From Candidatus Latescibacterota bacterium (GTDB taxonomy: Bacteria > Latescibacterota > UBA2968 > UBA8231), in assembly GCA_965248355.1 (NCBI GenBank), contig OZ252098.1, positions 928,001 through 992,000 on the forward strand: DNA of 64,000 bases. The letters run 5' to 3'. Positions 46,924 to 55,890 of this stretch are shown here, piece after piece. Every line of letters begins with the position of its first letter. The stretch's first letter is position 1. A program made the position numbers and the translations under genes. The notes under the pieces are model-generated. The model saw only the letters and a list, made by a program, of their open reading frames with translations. It ran no database searches and was not told the origin of the DNA.

Positions 46924-47281
46924 GCAACAGTCCCGAGGGCGACCGGCCCTGTCCTCCCACCGAACCGCCACCACATCGCGCTGGCAGGAGTTCTACGCGG
47001 TCATCGCCCGCATTCCCCCGGGTCGGGTGGCCACCTACGGCCAGATCGCCAGCCTGGCGGGCTACCGGGGCCATGCGCGCCAGGTCGGTTATGCCCTGGC
47101 GGCCGATCCGGCCGACCCGTCCGACCTCCCCTGGCATCGAGTCCTCAACGCCCGCGGGGAGGTCTCGCCGAGGGCCCGCTCCCGGGCTCATGAGCACCAG
47201 CAGGCGCTGCTCCAGGAGGAAGGGGTCGAGTTCGTGAATGGCCGGGTCGACCTGGGGCGCTTCGGCTGGGAGGGCTGGTGA
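46895..47281 (+). CDS. Alkyltransferase-like protein (ATL, MGMT family)
   Basis: IPPGRVATYGQIA.LAG...ARQVG.AL, PWHRV (Trp replaces the catalytic Cys), Q..LL..EGV.F..GRVDL. Confidence 0.88.
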   Translation: MTGASGPRAEQQSRGRPALSSHRTATTSRWQEFYAVIARIPPGRVATYGQIASLAGYRGHARQVGYALAADPADPSDLPWHRVLNARGEVSPRARSRAHEHQQALLQEEGVEFVNGRVDLGRFGWEGW

Positions 47282-48645
47282 AAGACCGGGCCCCGGGGCG
47301 GACTCTCGACCGGCCGATCCTGCGCCTGGCGATTCCCGGTCTGCTGGCATCCGTATCCGTGCCCCTCATCGGGATCGCGGATACGGCCATGATCGGCCAT
47401 CTCCCCGAGGTGGCTCTGCTCGGTGCGGTGGCCACTGCCAGCGTGCTCTTCGACTTCATGTTCTGGAGCGCCGGCTTCCTGCGCATGGGGACGACGTCGA
47501 TCGTCTCCCAGCATCAGGGCGCCGGGGACCCTTCCGGCAGCGCCGCCGCTCTCTACCGCTCCCTGCTGCTCGCCGCCGCCCTCGGCCTGGTCGCCCTGTC
47601 GATGCGAGGTCCGATTTCCGAGGTCGGTTTCACTCTGGTGGGGGGGTCGGAACAGGTACAGCTCTGGGGGCGGGCCTACTTCGATGTGCGCGTGCTCAGC
47701 GTGCCCCTGGTCCTGGCAACCATGGTCCTCAACGGGTTCTTCCTCGGCTCGGCCAATGCCTGGGCCCCACTTGTGGTGACCGTGGTGACCAATGTCGTCA
47801 ACATCGGCGCCGACTACGCCCTGATCTTCGGTCACTGGGGAGCGCCCGAGCTCGGTGTCATCGGTGCGGCCTGGGCCTCGGTGCTGGCCAGCGCCACCGG
47901 GCTCGCCGTGGGTGGGGCCGTTCTCCTCTTCCTCTATCGAGGGACGATCTTCGGCTCCAGACCCCAGGCCCTGTTCGACACGGAGAGGCTGAGGCACATG
48001 CTCTCCACGAACCTCAATCTCTGCGGCCGCACCCTGTGCCTGTTGTTCGCCCAGTTCCTCATGATAGGGCTGGTGTCACGAATGGGGGAGGTGCCGCTGG
48101 CGGCGCACGCCGTCGTCTGGCAGCTGTGGTCCCTGGTCAGCTACGGAGTGGACGGCTTCGCCCACGCCGCCGAGGCCCTGGTGGGCAACCGGCTCGGGGC
48201 CGGCGATCCGCTGCTGGCCCGGCGGTACGCACGGCGGATCCTCACTTGGGGCGGGGGGATCGGACTGATGTTCAGCGGCATCTACGCCGTCGGCCTCGGG
48301 CGGATCGCCGGCTGGTTCACCCCGCACACCGAGGTTGTCGCCGCCGCCGCGTCCCTCAGCGTCGTGATCGCCCTCGTGCAGCCCCTGAATGCGTTGGTCT
48401 TCGTGCTCGACGGGATCTTCATCGGGGCCAACGACACGGCCTTTTTGTTCCGGGCCATGGCGCTGGCCGCCTTCGCCGGGTTCGTCCCCGCGGCGATCGT
48501 GCTCGTGGTCTTTCTCGAGGGCGGGCTGCTCTCCGCCTGGGGCGCCTACGTCCTCCTCATGGTCGGGCGTTTTCTGCCGCTCGCCCGGAGATACCGCAGC
48601 CAGGATTGGCTGCGCACCTTTCTGCCCACTTCCGCGGGAGACTGA
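47278..48645 (+). CDS. MATE family efflux transporter (DinF-like)
   Basis: ILRLAIP, PLIG..DTAMIGHL, GFLRMGTT, DGFAHAAE.LVG, FVLDGIFIGA. Confidence 0.9.
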   Translation: MKDRAPGRTLDRPILRLAIPGLLASVSVPLIGIADTAMIGHLPEVALLGAVATASVLFDFMFWSAGFLRMGTTSIVSQHQGAGDPSGSAAALYRSLLLAAALGLVALSMRGPISEVGFTLVGGSEQVQLWGRAYFDVRVLSVPLVLATMVLNGFFLGSANAWAPLVVTVVTNVVNIGADYALIFGHWGAPELGVIGAAWASVLASATGLAVGGAVLLFLYRGTIFGSRPQALFDTERLRHMLSTNLNLCGRTLCLLFAQFLMIGLVSRMGEVPLAAHAVVWQLWSLVSYGVDGFAHAAEALVGNRLGAGDPLLARRYARRILTWGGGIGLMFSGIYAVGLGRIAGWFTPHTEVVAAAASLSVVIALVQPLNALVFVLDGIFIGANDTAFLFRAMALAAFAGFVPAAIVLVVFLEGGLLSAWGAYVLLMVGRFLPLARRYRSQDWLRTFLPTSAGD

Positions 48646-48646
48646 C

Positions 48647-49021
48647 ATGTCCTTCATCCGAGCCGATGACCTGCCCCGGCTTGAGCTGTTCCCAAAGGCC
48701 CTGAGCGGCATCGTTCAGGGCGAGCAGCTGATGCTCTCCTTTCTCGAGCTGGCCCCCGGATGCCGGATCCCGGAACACAGCCATCCCCACGAGCAGGCTG
48801 GACTGGTGCTGTCGGGCCGGCTGCGGTTCCGGATCGGGGATGAGGAGAGGCTGGTCGGTGCCGGGGACGCCTTCCTGATTCCGCCGAACGTCGTCCACGA
48901 AGGAGAGGTGACCGGCTCCGAGGACTGCCGGATCCTCGATATCTTCAGCCCGCCCCGGGAGGACTACGCGGAGCGCTACAACCGCTACACCGAGACCTCC
49001 GGGGAGACCCGCTGGCGGTGA
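48647..49021 (+). CDS. Cupin-domain protein
   Basis: PEHSHPHEQ.G.VLSG...F.IG.E, GD...IPPNVVH, LDIFSPPREDY. Confidence 0.88.
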   Translation: MSFIRADDLPRLELFPKALSGIVQGEQLMLSFLELAPGCRIPEHSHPHEQAGLVLSGRLRFRIGDEERLVGAGDAFLIPPNVVHEGEVTGSEDCRILDIFSPPREDYAERYNRYTETSGETRWR

Positions 49022-49097
49022 GCGGGGGCATCTTGTGCCGCCACACTCGAATGCAGAGGATTGACGGGGACCGCAACCGCAACCGAGGAGACCCGCC

Positions 49098-50045
49098 TTG
49101 AGCAGCCGAGAACTGACTCCCGCAGACTGCCACGATGTCCTCGTAGTGGCCATCACGCCCCGTAGACCCGACGGCTCCGTCGACCTGGATGGCGTGCACG
49201 GCAACGTGACCCACCTGATCGACGGCGGAGCCCGCTTCCTCATGCCCATGTGCGGCACCGGCCTGGTCTACGACGCCACTCTGGACGAGTTCGAAACGGT
49301 GACCGGCGCCTTCGTCGACGCCGCCGCCGGCCGGGCCCTGGTGGTGCCCGGCATCGGGCCCGGATACGGCCGGGCCCTGGAGATGGCCGCCATCGGTCGC
49401 GGCCTGGGCGTGGCCGGCGCCATGATCATGCCCATCGTGGGCCCGGCCTCCCCGGCAGGGGTATCGGAAGGCCTCGGCCGCATCGCAGAGCGCGCCGGCT
49501 TCCCCGTCGTGCTCTACCAGCGCCGGCTCGACATCATGCCCGTGGACCGCGTCGTCGACCTGTGCCATCGAGACGACGTGGCAGGGTTGAAGTACGCCGT
49601 CGACGATGTCCTGGCCTTTCGCCGGATCGTCGATCGGGCTGGGTCGGCCTGCGCAATGGTCTGCGGCATGGCCGAGGATCCCAGCGTCGAGTACCTGCGC
49701 GCAGGGGCCGTCGGCTTCAGCTCGGGCATGGCGAATTTCGTGCCTCGCCTGGGCCTGAACCTGCTCGCTGCCTATCGCCGGGGGGACGTGGACGAGGCGG
49801 AGAGGCTGCGGCGGATGATGGTTCCCTTCGAGGATCTGCGCGGGGAGAGCGGCGCCCGATACTCCGGCTCGGCCCTGCATGCGGCCATGGACTACACGGG
49901 GCTCGCCGGGGGGCCCGTGATTCCCTTCGCCGAGGACGTGGAGGCCGCGGATCTGCCGCGCCTCCACGAGCTGATGGATCTCCTGCTGACCGAAGAGGCC
50001 CGCCTGCGGGGTGATTCGGCCGCCGGCGGCGGTGGCGCCGGGTGA
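49098..50045 (+). CDS. Dihydrodipicolinate synthase-family lyase/dehydratase
   Basis: ITP...DG.VD, GTG..Y, VLYQR, GLKYA (Schiff-base Lys), GFSSG.ANF.P. Confidence 0.85.
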   Translation: MSSRELTPADCHDVLVVAITPRRPDGSVDLDGVHGNVTHLIDGGARFLMPMCGTGLVYDATLDEFETVTGAFVDAAAGRALVVPGIGPGYGRALEMAAIGRGLGVAGAMIMPIVGPASPAGVSEGLGRIAERAGFPVVLYQRRLDIMPVDRVVDLCHRDDVAGLKYAVDDVLAFRRIVDRAGSACAMVCGMAEDPSVEYLRAGAVGFSSGMANFVPRLGLNLLAAYRRGDVDEAERLRRMMVPFEDLRGESGARYSGSALHAAMDYTGLAGGPVIPFAEDVEAADLPRLHELMDLLLTEEARLRGDSAAGGGGAG

Positions 50046-51160
50046 GCGGGGAGGGCTCTCCGGTACGGGTCGGCCTGGTCGGCCTCGGCGGCGTCTGCGA
50101 GAGGGTCCACTACCCGGGACTGTCCCGCATCCAGGACGTGGAGATCACCGCCCTGTGCGATGTGGACGAGGAGCGGCTCGCCCGCAGAGCGCGGGAGTGG
50201 GGAGTCGAGACCTGCCACGCCGTCCTGGATGACTTCGCGCGCGGCTCCCAGGTCGACGCCGTGGTCATCGCCACCCCCAATCACCAGCACCGGCAGTTGA
50301 TCGAGGCTGCCCTCGATGCCGGTCTGCACGTGCTGTGCGAGAAGCCCTTGGGAATGGACCTGCCCGAGGCCGTGGCGATCTACCGCGCCGCCGCCGACTC
50401 CGGGCGGCGGCACATGACGGCCTTCACCTACCGCTTCGTTCCGGCCATGGCCTACCTGAAGTGGTTGGTGGAGGCGGGGCACCTCGGCCAGATCCGCCAC
50501 GCCCGGATCCAGCGGCTTCAGGATTGGGGTGAGGCAGCCATCGGCTGGCGCCAGTACCGACGTCTGGCCGGACTCGGCGAACTGGGGGACATGGGCATCC
50601 ATCGCATCGATTACGCCGAGGATCTGATGGGGCCGATCCGCTCGGTGTGCGCCTCCATGAAGCAGCTGGCGTCCCGGGATCGGACCCCCGACGGAGAGGT
50701 CTGCCCACCCCAGGACGTGGAGGACTGGGTCGCCTGGATCGCCGACTTCGAGAGCGGTGCCACCTGCGTCTTCGAGATGGGCAAGCTGTCCAAGGGGCGC
50801 GGTCCCCGCGGCGATCACGATCTGGCGGAGATCAACGGTACGGAGGCGTCCGCGGTCTACCAGCTCGACCGACCCCACGAGATCCTCTTCGCACCGAGAG
50901 GAGAACCTTACCAGGTCCGTCCGGTGCCTCCGTCCTTTCTGACCAGGCCGGGATCGCCTCGGGATCCAGCCCAGGGAGATCCGGACATCGCCTTCCGCTA
51001 CGACCAGGCCTGGGAGTTCATCACCGCCATCCGCGAGTCCCGGGACTGCGTGCCTTCCTTCTACCACGGCATGCGTGCCCAGGCCGTGGCCGAGGCGGTC
51101 GTGGAAGCCGCACGGGAGCGCCGGTGGATCGATGTTCCGGAGGTGCCCGCACAGGCCTGA
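50042..51160 (+). CDS. Gfo/Idh/MocA-family oxidoreductase
   Basis: VGLVGLG, VDAV.IATPN..H, HVLCEKP, G.LGDMGIH.ID. Confidence 0.92.
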   Translation: MSGEGSPVRVGLVGLGGVCERVHYPGLSRIQDVEITALCDVDEERLARRAREWGVETCHAVLDDFARGSQVDAVVIATPNHQHRQLIEAALDAGLHVLCEKPLGMDLPEAVAIYRAAADSGRRHMTAFTYRFVPAMAYLKWLVEAGHLGQIRHARIQRLQDWGEAAIGWRQYRRLAGLGELGDMGIHRIDYAEDLMGPIRSVCASMKQLASRDRTPDGEVCPPQDVEDWVAWIADFESGATCVFEMGKLSKGRGPRGDHDLAEINGTEASAVYQLDRPHEILFAPRGEPYQVRPVPPSFLTRPGSPRDPAQGDPDIAFRYDQAWEFITAIRESRDCVPSFYHGMRAQAVAEAVVEAARERRWIDVPEVPAQA

Positions 51161-51216
51161 CTGACACGGGGCCCGCCGGGCCGAGCCGCCGTGCGGTCCC
51201 GGACCCCAGCCTGCCC

Positions 51217-52767
51217 CTATGGCCGGCGACGGAAGCAGCGACGGCTCAGCAGGACCCAGGCCCCCAGAGCAACACCGCTGAGCAGGAACACCCAATCGCC
51301 CCGACGGGTGTAGGGGGTGGTTTCCCCTCGCGGATACACGCTCGCGACGATGGTATCCGTCTCGAGCAGCCGTGTCCTCTCCCGGATTCGACCGCTGGCT
51401 TCCACGACACATGAGATCCCGGTGTTGGCCGCTCGCAGGACCGGGCGGCCTGTCTCCACGGCGCGCAGCACGGCCATGGCCAGATGCTGCCTCGGGGCCG
51501 CGGAGGTCCCGAACCAGGCGTCGTTCGTGGTGTTCACCAAGAGCGTGGCCCCCCGCACCGCGAGAGTACGGGGGATCGACGGGAAGATCGATTCATAGCA
51601 GATGAAGACGCCCAGCCGGGCCTCCGCTCCCGGTATCTGCAGGACCTGGTGGTCTTCTCCCGGGTCGAACCGTCCACTGTGGACGGTCAGCGCTTCGAGG
51701 TAGCCGAACAGCCATGGAAGAGGCAGGAACTCGCCGAAGGGCACCAAGTGGACCTTGTCCGCCGAACCGACCACGGTCCCGCTCCGGTCGGTGAGGAAGG
51801 ACCGGTTGTAGAGTCCGGGCCGTCCCGAAGGGGAGATGGATCCGAGGCTGCCCACCAGCAAGGGAGTGTCGGTCTCGCGGGCGAGCTGCTGGATCTGCAG
51901 GCGGTGGTCCCGGTGGCCCTCCGCGTCAAGGCGGAAGGGGAGGGCCGTCTCCGGCCAGAGGATGAGATCCAGGGGGCCCTCCTCCTGCACCAACCCCCGG
52001 GTCAGCCCGCTGTAGTGGTCGGTCGCCGAGCGGACCCCCGGCCCCAGCCACTTCTCGCCCTGGGGGATGTTTCCCTGCACGATGCCGATCCGCAGGGCCT
52101 CTGCGCGCGTCTCGGACTGGAGGCGATCGAGCCGGTCGAGTCCAAAGATCAGCGAGATCAGCAGAAGGCCTCCCGCCATGGCGGGAGAGCGGACCCTGGC
52201 GGAGGGCTGGACGATCGCCTGGGAGGCCACCGCGTTGACGAGGACGATGAGGAAGGTGATTCCGTGGACGCCAGTCACCGCCGCCAGCTGGGTCAAAGCC
52301 GGGTAGCGATACTGGGTGTAGCCCAGTAGCTCCCAGGGGAACCCGCTGAGCATCCACGTCTGCACCCAATCCAGAAGCGTCCACAGGCAGGCGGTCAGCC
52401 ATGGCCAGCCGTGCGAGGACCTCGGCAGGTGCCGGCACAGCAGCAGGAAGAGCGTGGGATACGCCGCCAGGTACAGGATGAGGAACGCCGCCGTCAACCA
52501 GGCGAGAGGAGGACCGAGACCGCCGTAGAGCTGCAGGGTCTCGGCGACCCAGTAGACGCGTCCAGCGCCGGAGACCAGACCGAAGGAAAGGCCGGCCAGA
52601 GCAGCCTGCCGGGTGGGAAGCGGAAGACCCCGCCTGCCTCGGAGCACGAGGAGGAGGCAGGGGATCAGGCACCCCCATGCGACCCACCCCTGATCGGCCT
52701 TGGGCAGAGCCAGGCAGTACAGCAGGCCGCTGCCGGCGCCAACGAGGACGCTGACGCCGGAGGACAC
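51217..52767 (-). CDS. lnt: Apolipoprotein N-acyltransferase
   Basis: GFPW.LLGY.Q, VQGNI, WPET, KVHLVPFGE, ICYE (E-K-C triad), TNDAWFG, RAVE..RP..RAANTGIS. Confidence 0.96.
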   Translation of the reverse strand: MSSGVSVLVGAGSGLLYCLALPKADQGWVAWGCLIPCLLLVLRGRRGLPLPTRQAALAGLSFGLVSGAGRVYWVAETLQLYGGLGPPLAWLTAAFLILYLAAYPTLFLLLCRHLPRSSHGWPWLTACLWTLLDWVQTWMLSGFPWELLGYTQYRYPALTQLAAVTGVHGITFLIVLVNAVASQAIVQPSARVRSPAMAGGLLLISLIFGLDRLDRLQSETRAEALRIGIVQGNIPQGEKWLGPGVRSATDHYSGLTRGLVQEEGPLDLILWPETALPFRLDAEGHRDHRLQIQQLARETDTPLLVGSLGSISPSGRPGLYNRSFLTDRSGTVVGSADKVHLVPFGEFLPLPWLFGYLEALTVHSGRFDPGEDHQVLQIPGAEARLGVFICYESIFPSIPRTLAVRGATLLVNTTNDAWFGTSAAPRQHLAMAVLRAVETGRPVLRAANTGISCVVEASGRIRERTRLLETDTIVASVYPRGETTPYTRRGDWVFLLSGVALGAWVLLSRRCFRRRP

Positions 52768-53096
52768 TACAACTCCAGATAGTCGACCAGAGGCTGGCGC
52801 AGCTTTTCCAGGGCGCCGCCCTCGAGATCCCGGACCTCCTGGCGGGACAGGCGCAGACGGGAAGCGACGGCGCCGGGAGAGCGTTTCTGCTGGTAGCGCA
52901 GCTTCACCACCGTGAGTTCCTGAGGGGTGAGCCTCTCCAGAGCGCCTGAGACGATCCGGCGCAGCTCCTGGCTCTCCACTCGATCGAGGGGTGATTCGGG
53001 CAGAAGAAGGGCGATGAACCGTTCGTCGAGGGGCACCCGGCCGGTGAGCTCGGCACCCGTAGGCGGATCCTGGGAGATGCGGTCAAATCTCGACAT
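52767..53096 (-). CDS. Stand-alone sigma70 region-4-like HTH protein
   Basis: ELR..V..AL.RL.PQE..VV.LRY......VA.RL.LSRQEVR.LE..ALEKLR; GGAG RBS; TAGTG overlap with lnt start. Confidence 0.75.
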   Translation of the reverse strand: MSRFDRISQDPPTGAELTGRVPLDERFIALLLPESPLDRVESQELRRIVSGALERLTPQELTVVKLRYQQKRSPGAVASRLRLSRQEVRDLEGGALEKLRQPLVDYLEL

Positions 53097-53114
53097 GTCT
53101 CTCCTGCAGGCAAT

Positions 53115-53147
53115 AAAAAATCAGGGAGCTGAAGCCGGCTCCCTGAT
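53115..53147 (-). terminator. Rho-independent terminator immediately upstream of the sigma-4 gene RBS
   Basis: Minus strand ATCAGGGAGC-CGGCTTCA-GCTCCCTGAT followed by TTTTT. Confidence 0.75.
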
Positions 53148-53339
53148 CGATTTGGCAGGCCGACCGCAACCCTCTTCATAACCACTCACCGGCAGGCCCT
53201 GGAGAATCAACTCCTTGTATTTTAAGGACTTATGAAAATCCGGGCCGTTGCGCGGAGGAGGAAGCGGGGTTGAGGCCAATTTCCCTTTCCCCTCAAAGTC
53301 GGCAAAAGCGGAAGCGGGGTCAAGACGACTTCCGCTCTT

Positions 53340-53557
53340 CGGGGGTCGATCAGCAGCTGTTTGGGTGGACGTGGGATCTCCCAGTAACGTGAATTCCTGT
53401 TGATGGTCAGCCCGGGCAGGGCCATGTCCCATGGATCATCTAATCCTGTGATCAGGACTTCGGGACTCGAGTCCGACCAGTAGACTCTATCGTGGGTCTC
53501 GTCCGGTTCCTGAGCGTAACTGATACCCATAAAGCCAAAGGCCCATGTCAATACCAA
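53340..53557 (-). pseudogene. Remnant of secreted YWTD/LDL-receptor class B-like beta-propeller protein
   Basis: Signal-peptide-like LVLTWAFGFMGISYAQ, then DRVYWSD...EVLITGLDDPWDMAL; no proper ATG, short. Confidence 0.4.
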
Positions 53558-53883
53558 AAAAATGACGTTTCGACAGGCACTATATCGTCCCTAAGAGGGC
53601 GTCCGGCGAGGGCCTCCCAGGGGCGTGCACCCGGTTTGCCCGGGTATCTGCTACGGGTTGAAGCGCCTGACGAAGCGTTCACTCTCTATGGCGAAATTTG
53701 GATGAAGGGGGGGGATCGGTCGGAGACAGACGGGAGTCCAGAAGTAAGCTAAAGCGTGAAAAACACTCAGTTGCGCAGACTAGGCGTGGGGGAAACTTTT
53801 TTCGAAATTTCTTCCAGAGGCCCAGCGAAAATTCGCTGAGAGGGGTCAGGAGGGACCGCTTGGCTCGCGGGCCGGGCGGGGCA

Positions 53884-53925
<42 letters not shown>

Positions 53926-54267
53926 TTCAGAATCGAGACCCCGTGGGGCGATGGGGAGGACATCCCTCGCTCCGGGAGCGGGGAACGGCAAGGCGGTCCT
54001 GGACGCACCCGCGCTGCCTGTGCTGACCCCGGTGGGTCCCGCTCAACCGGTCCTGAAAGGGCCAAAGCGGACGCTTGGGGGCGTTGTATAAGGTGGGAAC
54101 AGCTTTGCCTTTGACGATTTCCGTTAGACCGGCCTGCGAATCGACCGCCGGGTACGGAAGGCCGTAGCTGGTGCTACGATGACCTCTCAAGCAAGAAGTG
54201 GTAGGGTTGGACGCCCATCTGAGAGCCAGTGGGACACGGGCTTCCGGGCGCCACGCCACTCGTCGAT

Positions 54268-54296
54268 TTGACAAGAGTTATCTGTTGGCCTATATT
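54268..54296 (+). promoter_or_regulatory. Putative sigma70 promoter of island protease gene
   Basis: TTGACA-17 bp-TATATT. Confidence 0.7.
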
Positions 54297-54504
54297 CATA
54301 TCACTTTTTCACTTTTTGCAATCCCTAAACAAAGAGAGCCCCCAAATCGTCGGCATATCTACAGTAAATGGCCGGCGCAAGCCCCAGGGGCCCAAGCTCG
54401 CGGGGCAAGGGTAGCTCGGCCGTTAGTTGGGACCCTAATCATTTTCATGCGTGGGCTTTAGGTTTTATTTCACAAGGCCGAACCGAGGCTAAACGGGAGG
54501 TAGT

Positions 54505-55890
54505 ATGGAGATGAGATATCGAAATTCGAGCATAGTGTGGGTATGGACGATTTGCCTACCCTTACTGGTTGCATCTGGGTTGTGGGCGAGTATTCGTCGT
54601 CCGCCGCCGCCCGAAGAGATTGTGGCTCAATCAGAGCGAACCGTGTTAGCCAAGGTATTGGGCAAGGAGACGGTTGATGATGGAGCGAATGTCTATACCC
54701 GTACCCACTTACGAGTTCTCTGGGATATGACTCACGCCGCGGGGAGGGGTGGAGAGCAGGATTTGGCGGACACCGAAATCTCTGTCGTGGCTGGACTGGG
54801 GTCGTAAACGGTTGGATTACGGGTTTAAGTCCTGCGATATTCTGGAAGAACGAAGTAGTGGTTGTCTCTCTTGAGCTATTGGGAGATGACGACGAGGTGG
54901 AGATGTATCACAACGGGGTCGACATATTTGAAGACTTTTTTTGGGGAATGGCACGTTGTGCATGGAAGGGGAGGTAAGATTGGGTTCAATAGGCATGCAA
55001 GAGATCCACGAGAAGAAGCAAAGCCGATGCGCGATGTAGACTGGCAGCGTCTGGTGGATCACTCGGCCCGAGTGCTGACTTGGTTGGGTGTTGAATCGGA
55101 CGCGGCGATTTCAACGGCGAAACAACACCTTCGGACTTTGCGTCCGCAGCTACCACCGTCAGGGAAGATTCTACAAAGTGGCCCACAAATAACGGGCATG
55201 TCGCCAACCACCATTCCTGCTGGGACGGATTCAGTAGTGACCTTGACCGGTAGTAATTTCGGCACAAGTGAGGGTACGGTTCAGCTTTTTGCCCTGCCCA
55301 ACCCGGATGAATGGGCTGAACTTTTTGACGACGAAGTCCTATCTTGGACCGATACCCTGATAACCTTCGCACCCCCCTCTGATTTGTACGGCTCTAGTGC
55401 ATCTGGATACTCCCCATTCCCGAGTAGTGGAAGAGTTGTTATCGAGACGACTTCATCCCAGACGGACACAAGCAGCCAAGTACTAAATATCAAGTATAAC
55501 TACGTTACTCGCATCTGGGCGGACAGTTCAATCCCAATGGTATATCGTATGAACAGCAATGGGACTGCGGACTGTACAGGAGAATTTGCTGCGGTGGAGG
55601 CAGCGTTTGACACTTGGCAAGATATCGGTAGGTCCTATATGACCTATGAGCGCGGTCCGGACACCACCCTCACAACGCAAGCGGCGGACGGGGTAAACCT
55701 GGTCGTCTGGGAGGATTTAGGTTCGGATGGGCCCATTGCACGTCTCCGGCCTTGGAATTATCCTATTACCGAGGTGGATATTACATTTAATGATTATTTC
55801 AATTGGACGACCTCTGGACAAACGGGTCGGTTTGATGTCCAAAATGTGGCTACGCATGAGATAGGTCATACTCTTCTTCTTGGGGATCTC
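54505..55890 (+). pseudogene. Secreted IPT/TIG-domain + matrixin/metzincin-like metalloprotease, frameshifted and IS-truncated
   Basis: GGAGG RBS, signal peptide, PQITGMSP...VTLTGSNFG...SWTDT.I (IPT/TIG), AAFDTW, EVDITFN, DVQNVATHEIGHTLLLGD; frame breaks near 54790 and in the T7 run near 54936; cut by IS at 55891. Confidence 0.75.

Noticed and set aside
53115..53290. 6S RNA or SRP RNA call for the long hairpin
   Set aside because: No recognisable 6S central bubble or conserved motifs and no SRP helix-8 GNRA/GGAA motif; kept only as an unassigned structured element
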